A stretch of DNA of 64,000 nt from the NCBI GenBank assembly GCA_965216875.1, contig OZ244207.1, positions 5,376,001 through 5,440,000 on the forward strand. The letters are read 5' to 3'. A model generated the notes under the pieces. The model was given only the letters and a program-made list of their open reading frames with translations, did no database searches and was not told the origin of the DNA. This DNA is from Rubripirellula sp. GTDB taxonomy: Bacteria; Planctomycetota; Planctomycetia; Pirellulales; Pirellulaceae. Numbering within the stretch: the first letter of the stretch is position 1; every line of letters begins with the position of its first letter. Both the position numbers and the translations under genes were made by a program. Shown here in pieces: positions 31,035 to 40,465 of this stretch.

Positions 31035-33167
31035 ATGACACAGACGCCCCCGCAATTCGATTTCCTCGAACCTCCAGAAAAGGAGGGCGAAATCGGCCGT
31101 TTGGGCCCCTACCGGATCACGGGAATGGTCGGCAAGGGAGGCATGGGCCAAGTCTTCTGTGCCGAAGATGGCCGACTCAAACGCACGGTTGCCCTCAAAG
31201 TGATGAACAATCGCTTTGCGGCGACGCCAAACAGCAAAAAGCGATTCGTCGACGAAGCCCGCTCGATGGCGGCCATCCATCACGACAACGTGGCGACGAT
31301 CTTTGAAGTCGGGATCAAGTCGGGGATGCCCTTCTTGGCAATGGAATTACTCAAAGGCAAGACGCTCGAGGACTGGCGGCTGGTGGGGCGAAAGTTCTCC
31401 AGCGAGGAAATCTTGCGTGTGGCCGGCGAGGTCGCCGATGGGCTTGCGGCGGCCCACGCGTCGGGCATCGTTCATCGAGACATCAAGCCAGCGAATATCT
31501 GGATCGAAGAACCCTCGGGGCGTGCAAAGATTCTCGACTTCGGGCTGGCCCAAGCTCGTAACACCGGCGACGAGCTCTCCAAGCCCGGTGCCGTCGTCGG
31601 AACGCCTGGCTTTCTCGCACCCGAACAGGCGCGCAACGAACCGCTTGATGATCGCACCGATCTCTACTCACTCGGCGCCGTTCTGTATCAGATGTGTTGC
31701 GGAAAGCTGCCGCTGGTTTCCGATTCCATTCCAGGTCAATTGGTTGCGATTCTTTGCCATCGCCCCAAGCGATTGCACGAAGTGGATCCGAACATTCCCG
31801 AACCACTTTCCGACCTGATCGAATCACTGCTCGAAAAAGAACCGCGCAATCGGCCACGATCGGCAACAGATCTTGGCGAACGCGTGCAACGAGTTACCCA
31901 ACAGTGTTCCGATGAAAGCCACGCCGCGCTCCAAATCGTGACCGAACCGGCGGTGCAAACGCCCAAACGCAAGTCCGCTCAAGCCACTCAACCCCAACCG
32001 GCCGAGCCCAAGGCAGCGAGCGCGCACACACTCAAGAGCCTTTTGCCATGGGTCGGTGCAGCCGCGTTGCTGATTCTGATCCCCTGCATCGCGCTCTACA
32101 AAATGTTCATTGCCCCATCACGCGTGGCAAGTGAACCTGCGCCCGTGACGCAACCGCGGCCGGCCGTTCGAGACAAACCTCACTTTGTAACCGTCAAGTC
32201 ACTTGGGCCACTCGAGCTTTCGAGCGTCACGAGCAGTACAAGGCGCGTCCAAAACGGCGATGCCGCTCGTTTCAAAATGCAGCTATCCAACGCCACTGGC
32301 GATGGCATCAATGATCCACGCGTCGTGAATGCGGCAGCACCGGTTGCGGCTCAAGTGATGACTTTTCTCAAGTCAAGCGATGGCGTCAAACGCAAAGCAC
32401 CACCCTTTCCCAAAAAGTTCTCACCCAAGCAACTTCCCAGCCCCGGCGACGTCCAACAGATCGAAGTCATGTTCCTGACCAGCACGTTGCTTCCGGGAGA
32501 CTTTGATGTGATCTTCGAGCTTCAATCACCCAGCGGCGGTTTGGTTGCAACGAGTGAGACCAAGTTGACCGTCACCGAGAACCTCAGCACCGGTGAGCTG
32601 CTTGGATTCGAGACCCTGCGGACCCATACCGGAGGCGCCGACAGCTACGTGCGCAAAGGTTCACAAGAAGACTTTGGCGGCAAGAAAGTCATCTGCGTGC
32701 ATCAAAAAGGTAACGGCCAAGTCGTCGAACACGCCTACTTGAAGTTTGATTTGTCCAAAGCACCGTTTGCGAAGTCAGAGATCGACCGCGCGATTGTGTT
32801 GTTGACGGTCGTTCCTGGCGGTCATCCCGGAACAAACAAGATCAACGTTTACGGTGTTGTCGACGAGGACTGGAAAGAGAAGGGTGAGGGGCACTTGGTA
32901 TGGGATCAAGCTCCAAGCCGTGACGGTACTGAATCACTACGCTATCTGACGCAAATCGAAATCGACAACGGCGGCGAAGCGCTCAAGAATCAAGTGGACG
33001 CGGTTCGGATTCATGGTCCAAACCTGGATGATTTCTTGCGTGAATCCTCCAGCGATCTTGTCACGTTGGTATTGGTCCGTGAATCGTCTGCCGACCGCCC
33101 GATCTGTTTCTCATCCAAAGAAGGCAAGCCCGAGCAGGCTCCCGCACTCGCTATTCGCCACCGCTGA
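31035..33167 (+). CDS. Membrane Ser/Thr kinase with an extracytoplasmic Ig-like and DNRLRE/CBM96-like region
   Basis: GKGGMG, VALK, HRDIKPAN, DFG, GTPGFLAPE; one TM helix; ADSYVR..YLKFDLS..FSSKEG..PAL. Confidence 0.9.
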   Translation: MTQTPPQFDFLEPPEKEGEIGRLGPYRITGMVGKGGMGQVFCAEDGRLKRTVALKVMNNRFAATPNSKKRFVDEARSMAAIHHDNVATIFEVGIKSGMPFLAMELLKGKTLEDWRLVGRKFSSEEILRVAGEVADGLAAAHASGIVHRDIKPANIWIEEPSGRAKILDFGLAQARNTGDELSKPGAVVGTPGFLAPEQARNEPLDDRTDLYSLGAVLYQMCCGKLPLVSDSIPGQLVAILCHRPKRLHEVDPNIPEPLSDLIESLLEKEPRNRPRSATDLGERVQRVTQQCSDESHAALQIVTEPAVQTPKRKSAQATQPQPAEPKAASAHTLKSLLPWVGAAALLILIPCIALYKMFIAPSRVASEPAPVTQPRPAVRDKPHFVTVKSLGPLELSSVTSSTRRVQNGDAARFKMQLSNATGDGINDPRVVNAAAPVAAQVMTFLKSSDGVKRKAPPFPKKFSPKQLPSPGDVQQIEVMFLTSTLLPGDFDVIFELQSPSGGLVATSETKLTVTENLSTGELLGFETLRTHTGGADSYVRKGSQEDFGGKKVICVHQKGNGQVVEHAYLKFDLSKAPFAKSEIDRAIVLLTVVPGGHPGTNKINVYGVVDEDWKEKGEGHLVWDQAPSRDGTESLRYLTQIEIDNGGEALKNQVDAVRIHGPNLDDFLRESSSDLVTLVLVRESSADRPICFSSKEGKPEQAPALAIRHR

Positions 33168-33226
33168 TGCGAAAGGAAAAGAGCTTCGATTCTCCTCTGT
33201 TGACTTTCTCACGTTAAACTAGCGTT

Positions 33227-33913
33227 ATGTCTGACGCCCCCACTCACGCCAACCAGAACACCAGCACCGTCAACTTGGTCCGCACGTCACACCCGTGGAC
33301 CAAGGCCGATAGCGCCGCAGGTTTTGTGCTTCGCTACCTGACACCGATGCGCAAACAGCTCATCGCGATGCTGGGAACCGAGGCACATGCCGACGAAGCC
33401 CTCAAGCTGCTGCTTGCGCATTTGGTTCAAGCCGGTTTTGGCGAACACAAACGGGGCAAACTCCGTGATTTCATTGTTCGCGGTTTACGAAGCGCAGCGA
33501 AGAGTCGCGCAGCCGACCTGACCGAGTCACCCGAACTCGATCTCGAATCGCTCACGCCCGAGTCCAAGAGTTGGCTGATGCTCTGGCGCGAGGGCTTGCT
33601 TGAACGTGCTTGGCGTTCGCTGGAACGACAAGAGCATGCCCAACCCGATGTGCCGGTCTACTCTGTCCTGCATCTGGCAACGGCCAATCCAAAAGCCACA
33701 CCCGAAATGCTGGCCGTCCAGATCAACACCGAAGGCGTTTTGAAAGTCGACAAAGCCAAGGTCGCTCAAACACTGCCACAAGCCCGCGCCCTGTTCGCGC
33801 AATTGGTCGCCGACGAAGTCGCCGAAACCCTCGAAGCGCCAAATGCCGAGGATGTCAAACGCGAAATCAACCTGCTTGGTCTCGGGCGAGCGTTCAGCGG
33901 GATGGAAATCTAG
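33227..33913 (+). CDS. Divergent ECF-sigma-like protein
   Basis: FVLRY, RGKLRDFI and WREGLLERAWRSLE resemble kinase-linked planctomycete ECF factors; adjacent to a kinase gene. Confidence 0.5.
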   Translation: MSDAPTHANQNTSTVNLVRTSHPWTKADSAAGFVLRYLTPMRKQLIAMLGTEAHADEALKLLLAHLVQAGFGEHKRGKLRDFIVRGLRSAAKSRAADLTESPELDLESLTPESKSWLMLWREGLLERAWRSLERQEHAQPDVPVYSVLHLATANPKATPEMLAVQINTEGVLKVDKAKVAQTLPQARALFAQLVADEVAETLEAPNAEDVKREINLLGLGRAFSGMEI

Positions 33914-34125
33914 GCTGATACAGAGCCTTTCGCCTTTTTCGCTATCCAGCCGTGCCCAACATCCTGGGAACTTTCTCGCCTATTGGTCGTCAGACCTAAA
34001 GCGTTAAAATAAACGCTGCGGTTGATGCTTGCGCATCATCGCTTGGTGCCGCCTCATTGATGACAGATTTCATCCAATCTCGTCATGCCGTTGTTCTTAC
34101 GCGATTGCGATCAGTGGTCTCAAAG

Positions 34126-35169
34126 ATGCGCCCCCAAACCTTCTTCGCAACCTTCGTCTTGGTGATCGTTGCCTTCGTTGGTCGTCCCGCCGACGCACAA
34201 CTGTTGGTTGAAGAACATGTGATCGTTGACCAATTTGTCGGTCCTCGTCCACTGGTTGGATCAGGTGTCTTGCATCACGCATGCATTGGCCCTGGTTGCG
34301 GTGGCTGTTTCGATCCCCGCTGCATCGCTGCGCCATTCTTTGGCGATCGCTACTATCATCGTGGCGTCCGCGTGTTGCCGCCGGTTTGGCGACACCTACC
34401 TTATGGGTATCCGATCCCGTTTGGGTATGGTGGCGTCACCACAACGATCACGCCGTACGGTGACACGGCATACGTGCCGATCTTTCCAATCTTCCCGCAG
34501 GCTCCGCTACCGCTGGCCAACCGCCCCGCCCATATTGCAAACGCGGCACCAGCGGCCCCCAATCGAATTGCCCCACAACCACCACTCCAACAACCAGCAC
34601 GTGGGCCCTTTGAGGGCGTTGATGAAATTCGTCGACGTGTTTCGGTACTCAAGCCAAGCACACCGGCCGGACGAACACGTGCCGATCGATCGATTTCGCT
34701 TGGCGACACCGCGTTTAGCGAACAGGTCTATGCGCGTGCCCTTTCAAAGTACCGCGAAGCGATCTCGCGAGCGCCTGATTACGCCGAGGGGCACTTTCGT
34801 CTCGCTCACGCCTACATCGCGACGCGCCGATTCAACTTGGCACTCGACAGCGCGTTGATCGCGTTGGAGCTTTCGGGAACAAGCCGGCGGCCAGGGTTCT
34901 CGCTTCAAGAGATGTATCGAGGCAACAAGTTTGCTCGCGAGACCCATGACGAACAGTTGCTCGACGCTTCCCTGCGCGAACCGGATGACGGCGGGCTCGA
35001 ATTCCTGATCGGGTTCACCTTGCACTATGGCGGTAATCCGCTCAAGGCGCGGGAACACTTCCGGCGCTCCGCCACGCTCGAAGGCCCCCACCAACCCTAC
35101 CTGCGACACTTTTTACCGGTGGTCCCCATCGCCGAGCCGAATGCCGACGACAAAAACCTCGGTAACTAG
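34126..35169 (+). CDS. Exported TPR protein with a Pro/Gly/Tyr-rich N-terminal half
   Basis: Signal-like N-terminus ending ADA-Q; TPR-like YARALSKYREAISRAPDYAEGHFRLAHAY. Confidence 0.75.
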   Translation: MRPQTFFATFVLVIVAFVGRPADAQLLVEEHVIVDQFVGPRPLVGSGVLHHACIGPGCGGCFDPRCIAAPFFGDRYYHRGVRVLPPVWRHLPYGYPIPFGYGGVTTTITPYGDTAYVPIFPIFPQAPLPLANRPAHIANAAPAAPNRIAPQPPLQQPARGPFEGVDEIRRRVSVLKPSTPAGRTRADRSISLGDTAFSEQVYARALSKYREAISRAPDYAEGHFRLAHAYIATRRFNLALDSALIALELSGTSRRPGFSLQEMYRGNKFARETHDEQLLDASLREPDDGGLEFLIGFTLHYGGNPLKAREHFRRSATLEGPHQPYLRHFLPVVPIAEPNADDKNLGN

Positions 35170-35449
35170 CCAAGGTTGCCAGAGACAGAAAAATGTCCGA
35201 TTTTGCGGGCTGACTGCGGCATTCCGGCGGTCCCTAGGCCTCATTCGGCACTAGAAACCTAGGCGGGGCGAGACCACAATGAGTCTGTGGAGCCATTCCA
35301 CATCGGTGCGATGAATTGCACCGATCCCGCCCCTAACCTATGGATCGCACCTCACACCGCCCTTTTGGCGCGGTGTTTGATAATGGTGCTGCGGATCACC
35401 GTCACCCGCTACCATGCAAACAAGACGGCCACCTTTGGAGAATTCGCAA

Positions 35450-36592
35450 ATGCGCAGGTACTCAGTTCGTTTCCTTCAGCTCACACTGATTGCGTTTCTA
35501 TCAACTGCAACCCTTGCCGCGGTCGATGCCCAAGACTCGGAATCCTTTTCGGTCTTGGATGATGAAGGACGACTGGTTCAATTCGAGCGGGATGTCGCGC
35601 CGATCTTTCGCGACCGGTGCTTGGAATGCCATGGGCCTGAGGAAGCCAAGTCGGATTTCCGCATCGATGACGCCGAGCTTTTGATGGATTACATCGAAGC
35701 CGAAGATGCCGAGTCGAGCGTGCTCTACACCGACTACCTGGTGATCGACGACGCGGACATGATCATGCCACCTCTGTCAAAAGGTGGTCCGCTTTCGTCC
35801 GGCGAACTTGCAGTGATTCGATTGTGGATCAACGAAGGCGCACATTGGCCCGAAGGCTACCAACTCAAAGCCAAGTCGGACGGGGAAGCTGAAGTCGAAC
35901 CGGAACCGAAACAAGAAGCCGAAGCGCCCAAGACTCTCGGCGATCGGATCTGGGTCTTTCAAGGCTACCTCCATCCAGCGACGGTTCACTTTCCGATCGC
36001 ACTGTTCCTGCTCGGAGGCGCGTTTGTCGTCTTCGGTTGGAAATGGCCTTCTGTCGGCACACAAATTCCACTCGCATGTTTGCTGATCGGAACACTCACA
36101 GCCGTCTCGGCGTCGGCGATGGGTTGGGCGTTTGCGCCGATCCAAGGCTATGGCGATGGCTGGAGCCTGTTTGATTGGGAACGTGAAGTCAACGTTCACC
36201 GCATGAGCGGCGCGATCTCAACCATCATCGCGGTGGTGATCAGCGTGGTTGCCCTGATGGCACTCTGGAAAGACAGCGAGAAGCTGACCCGTATTTGGAA
36301 GATTGGCTTGTTGGCTCTGGCCGCAATGATCGGCTTGGTTGGTCACCAAGGTGGCGAACTACGCTACGGCAAAGACTTCTATCCCGAAGCATTCCGAATC
36401 CTGCTGGGCACCAACGAAGACGCCGAAGCAACAGACGCCGCCGATACCGAATCGGAAGCGGCGGCTGATGAAGCGGAAGCAGGGCAGGGGAGTGACGCAG
36501 AAAGTCCAGCGGAGGAATCAGCCGGCTCGGAAGAAACCGACGCACAATCGAATGCGACTTCCGAGCCTGAGACCGCTGAAAGCAGCGAGTGA
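35450..36592 (+). CDS. Planctomycete cytochrome c domain fused to a DUF2231-like membrane domain
   Basis: FERDVAPIFRDRCLECHG..MPP..WINEGA; HPATVHFPIAL; GHQGGELRYG; acidic tail. Confidence 0.85.
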   Translation: MRRYSVRFLQLTLIAFLSTATLAAVDAQDSESFSVLDDEGRLVQFERDVAPIFRDRCLECHGPEEAKSDFRIDDAELLMDYIEAEDAESSVLYTDYLVIDDADMIMPPLSKGGPLSSGELAVIRLWINEGAHWPEGYQLKAKSDGEAEVEPEPKQEAEAPKTLGDRIWVFQGYLHPATVHFPIALFLLGGAFVVFGWKWPSVGTQIPLACLLIGTLTAVSASAMGWAFAPIQGYGDGWSLFDWEREVNVHRMSGAISTIIAVVISVVALMALWKDSEKLTRIWKIGLLALAAMIGLVGHQGGELRYGKDFYPEAFRILLGTNEDAEATDAADTESEAAADEAEAGQGSDAESPAEESAGSEETDAQSNATSEPETAESSE

Positions 36593-36594
36593 AC

Positions 36595-37728
36595 TCACTT
36601 GTTGTCAATTGCCTGAAAGCGACGCGCGGCTGAATCGCCATCGACTCGATAGAGCGTGGCCCAGCCGCCGGCCGACTTGACCGGGTTAGAAGGATCGGGT
36701 TCCGACAGCGGAACACCGTCGGCTTCCACGTAGACCGTTCGCACCACGCCAACCGGCTGGCTGGCTTTGGGCATCAATTCGTAGTTGGCACCACGCGTGA
36801 CTTGCAGCCACGTGTTTTCGCGGAAGCCACGTCGTGTGCGTTGCCGCACGAAGTCGACGCTCTCTTTTTGCGTGTCAGCCGCTAGCGAATCGTTCGCGGC
36901 GATCTTGATCGCAAGCTTTTGAGTCTCGCTGAGATCAAAAGGTACCCAACCGTAGGGCGGCAGAAAAACTTCCATCTTGCAGTGCGATGGCGATGCTTTG
37001 TCGAACATCTGCAGGCCATACAGCACGCGTGATGGGTAGCCCACCTTTTGAGCTAACGTCGAGCAAAGTCCGTGATAGTCGCTGCAATGACCACGACGCT
37101 CGGTCAACGCATGCATTGGATCCGCGCTCAGCGATGCAACGGCATGGTCGTAAGTGAGGTGGCTGTCGACCCAATTCATGGCATTGATCAAACGTTCGGC
37201 TGACGACTTGGTCGACTCGCCAATTTCCCCCAGCACAGCGGTCAGCTGCTCGCCTTCCTTCGTGCGTGGATCGACGCGTTGGAACGGAGCGAATGACTTT
37301 GGCCACGTGTCGGGTTGAATGACTTGTGTGTAATCGACGTCCCAATCGACCTGACGAACCTGAGCTTTGAACGTGTGCTCGATCAGTTGCGGCCCACTCG
37401 GAGAATCAAATTCGAAAAAGGCAAACGTGTTGCCGAACATCGGCTCGACTTCAATGGACGGCTTGACGTTTCGAGGAAAGGTCTCGAGGTGACGATCAGA
37501 CACCTGTTGGACCGAATTGGACGGCGGAAGGGGCAACCAGACACGGAGTTTCTTGGTGTCTTTTGGTGGAGTGATGACGACACGAAAATCGACGTTGAAA
37601 TTCGCTTCTCGACTCGTTTCCCCCCGCGAAGGCGTATCGACCGAGAGTTCGCTCGCGGTCTCTGCGACGGCTTGAGCGACGGGAAAGACCAGCAGACAGG
37701 CCATGAGGCCAAGCAAAAATCGACGCAT
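36595..37728 (-). CDS. Exported transglutaminase-like protein
   Basis: Signal peptide; LRVWLPLP; GHCSDYH; HCKMEVFLPPYGWVPFD. Confidence 0.88.
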   Translation of the reverse strand: MRRFLLGLMACLLVFPVAQAVAETASELSVDTPSRGETSREANFNVDFRVVITPPKDTKKLRVWLPLPPSNSVQQVSDRHLETFPRNVKPSIEVEPMFGNTFAFFEFDSPSGPQLIEHTFKAQVRQVDWDVDYTQVIQPDTWPKSFAPFQRVDPRTKEGEQLTAVLGEIGESTKSSAERLINAMNWVDSHLTYDHAVASLSADPMHALTERRGHCSDYHGLCSTLAQKVGYPSRVLYGLQMFDKASPSHCKMEVFLPPYGWVPFDLSETQKLAIKIAANDSLAADTQKESVDFVRQRTRRGFRENTWLQVTRGANYELMPKASQPVGVVRTVYVEADGVPLSEPDPSNPVKSAGGWATLYRVDGDSAARRFQAIDNK

Positions 37729-37918
37729 TGATTGGATTCTGATCGTGAAAGACGGGCTGAGGTGTGTTTACCGCTAAAACGTAATGCCTACTGGTCATTG
37801 TCGTCCGCAGATGAATATTCTGACTGTTATTGGCGGCAAATTCCAATGACGGCCACCGATCAGCCGATAAAAGCAGTCACTGCCGAAAGCCCTTTTCAAC
37901 GAAATTCGGAACCAACAC

Positions 37919-40087
37919 GTGCCAGAAACAAGCGTCTCGAACCAGCAGAATCGGCTCGAACCTCTTCAGGAAGATCGCTTCATCAATCGCGAACTCAGCT
38001 GGCTGCAATTCAACCAACGTGTTCTTGAACAGGCCGGTGACAGCTCCCTACCGATCCTCGAAAGAGCCAAATTCCTTGCCATCACCAGCTCGAACCTGGA
38101 CGAGTTTGTGATGGTGCGTGTCGGCAGTCTCAAGCTCAAAGCCCAGCGGAATCCTCTGCTCAAGGACCCCGCCGGACTGACGTGTGGCCAACAGCTGCAA
38201 GCGATTGCGACCGAGAGCCAGCAAATCGTCCGTCGCCAATACGCCGTATTCGACGCGCTCGAGCCCCTTTTGGTGGGCGCTGATATCCAACGCATCGATT
38301 TGAATGACTGCAGTGACCGATGCATCGATACCGCCGAGCGCCGATTCCGAAGCGACGTCTTTTCCGTCCTCTCGCCACAAGCCATTTTTGACCAACGCCC
38401 ATTCCCACTCTTGCAAGGTCTCGGTGTTCATCTTTGCGTCCGCTTGAAGCCCGAAAAGAGAGAAGGGGATCAAGAAGACGCGCCGCTGTGGGACTTTGCG
38501 ATCATCCCCTTGGGACGCACGGTGCCTCGCGTTGTCCCGATGCCGACCGAACGAGGGTTCGGTTACGTGTTACTCGAGGACTTGGTCGCGCATTATGTCG
38601 ACGACTTCTTCCCAGGCCGCGAGGTGGTCGAAACGGTGGTGTTTCGCATCACTCGCAATGCTGACGTTGAGCTTCAAGAAGACGCGGCCGCCGATTTGAT
38701 GGACGGCATGGAAGATGTGCTCGAATCAAGACGTGAGTCTCGTGCCGTTCGTTTGGAATACAGCGCCGCCGCCTCGGATCCGATGGTGACCTTCCTCTCG
38801 GAAAAGATGCAACTGACACACGAAGACCTGTTCGCCATCGATGGACCGCTCGATCTAACTTACCTGTTCATGCTTCACGGCCTGGAGGGATTTGATTCCC
38901 TTCGCGACACACCATGGCCCCCACAAAGCACGCCGGAAATCGATCCTGCGGAATCGATGTTCAACACGATCGCTTCGGGCGATGTGTTGATGGTGCATCC
39001 TTATGAACGGTTTGATCCGGTCGTCCGATTGATCGAAGAAGCTGCGGTCGATCCCGATGTTTTGGCCATCAAACAAGTGCTTTACCGCACCAGTCGCAGA
39101 AGTCCCATCGTCGCAGCTCTTAAGCGTGCAGCGGAACGTGGCAAATACGTCTCGGTGATTGTGGAATTGAAGGCCCGTTTCGACGAAGCACGAAACATCG
39201 AATGGGCTCGCGAGATGGAACATGCCGGTGTGCAAGTGATCTATGGCATACGCGGACTGAAAACGCACGCGAAGATTTGTGTCATCGTCCGGCGTCAACC
39301 GCAGGGCATCTTGCGTTACGTTCATTTCGGCACGGGCAACTACAACGAAGTCACGGCGAACCTTTACAGTGATGTTTCGCTGTTGACCTGCGATGAAGAA
39401 CTCGGTCTCGACGCGACCACATTCTTCAACGCGGTCACTGGCAACAGCCAACCTCAACAGATGCGTTACCTTGCCGCCGCCCCCAACACTCTTCGAAAAC
39501 AGATCTTGAATCTGATCGAAGGCGAGACGCGACGTTGCATTGAAGGTCAACGGTCCGAGATCATTGCCAAGTTGAACGCGTTGGTCGACACCGAAGTGAT
39601 CGACGCGCTCTACCGAGCGAGCCAAGCGGGTGTAAAGGTTCGATTGAACATCCGCGGCATCTGCTGCCTCAAACCTGGCGTGCCGGGGCTAAGCGAAAAC
39701 ATCGAAGTTCAATCGATCGTTGACCGCTTCCTTGAACATGCGCGAATCATCTACTTCCGACATGGCGGTGATGACGAGTTGTTCATCAGTAGCGCCGACT
39801 GGATGCCGCGTAACCTCGATCGACGTGTCGAATTACTGGTTCCGGTGATCGATCCAAAATGCCGCCGCAAATTGCTCGATACCCTGCGCACGTATTTCCG
39901 AGACAACCAAAACAGCTGGATCATGCAGGCTGATGGAAGCTACGTTCGCGACCAGTCCGAAAACGAGTCCGGCGCGGTTCAAGCCCAAGCGGTGCTTTAC
40001 GAACAGGCTTGTCAGCTGATTCGAAACATCAAGCAGAGCCGCCGAGAGACATTTCAAACCCATGAACCAAGGCAAAACGATTCGTAG
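37919..40087 (+). CDS. ppk1: Polyphosphate kinase 1
   Basis: NRELSWLQFNQRVL, HPYE, ELKARFDE, KTHAK, GTGNYN, SADWMPRNLDRRVE. Confidence 0.98.
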   Translation: MPETSVSNQQNRLEPLQEDRFINRELSWLQFNQRVLEQAGDSSLPILERAKFLAITSSNLDEFVMVRVGSLKLKAQRNPLLKDPAGLTCGQQLQAIATESQQIVRRQYAVFDALEPLLVGADIQRIDLNDCSDRCIDTAERRFRSDVFSVLSPQAIFDQRPFPLLQGLGVHLCVRLKPEKREGDQEDAPLWDFAIIPLGRTVPRVVPMPTERGFGYVLLEDLVAHYVDDFFPGREVVETVVFRITRNADVELQEDAAADLMDGMEDVLESRRESRAVRLEYSAAASDPMVTFLSEKMQLTHEDLFAIDGPLDLTYLFMLHGLEGFDSLRDTPWPPQSTPEIDPAESMFNTIASGDVLMVHPYERFDPVVRLIEEAAVDPDVLAIKQVLYRTSRRSPIVAALKRAAERGKYVSVIVELKARFDEARNIEWAREMEHAGVQVIYGIRGLKTHAKICVIVRRQPQGILRYVHFGTGNYNEVTANLYSDVSLLTCDEELGLDATTFFNAVTGNSQPQQMRYLAAAPNTLRKQILNLIEGETRRCIEGQRSEIIAKLNALVDTEVIDALYRASQAGVKVRLNIRGICCLKPGVPGLSENIEVQSIVDRFLEHARIIYFRHGGDDELFISSADWMPRNLDRRVELLVPVIDPKCRRKLLDTLRTYFRDNQNSWIMQADGSYVRDQSENESGAVQAQAVLYEQACQLIRNIKQSRRETFQTHEPRQNDS

Positions 40088-40465
40088 TGGTCCGGGAGGG
40101 GCCGGGGCAAGGAATCTCGCAGCCTCTGGGTTTAAAGCTGCATCCGGGACCAAATTGGAACGGATTTAGCATGGAATTCGGCTCGGTCCCGTTTCCTCGA
40201 GATCACCGCCCGGAATGCGTCACATTGGGGCCTGATCGGGGTTAAACGGGGACGAGTCGTGGAAAACCGGCCATAAACGGCACCGCCGCGGGCTCAAACC
40301 CGCTCAATCAGAGGGTTTTGGCGAGTTTTTCGTCGACAAATCCTCGTTCCGACAGGGGTCAGACGCCGTTTCGGGGTCAAAACGAGTTCGATACCATACT
40401 GGCTGTCGTACGCGCCTCGTTCGCGAGGCGTCGAAAGCGAATTGTTTTTATTCACCGGATTTTGA

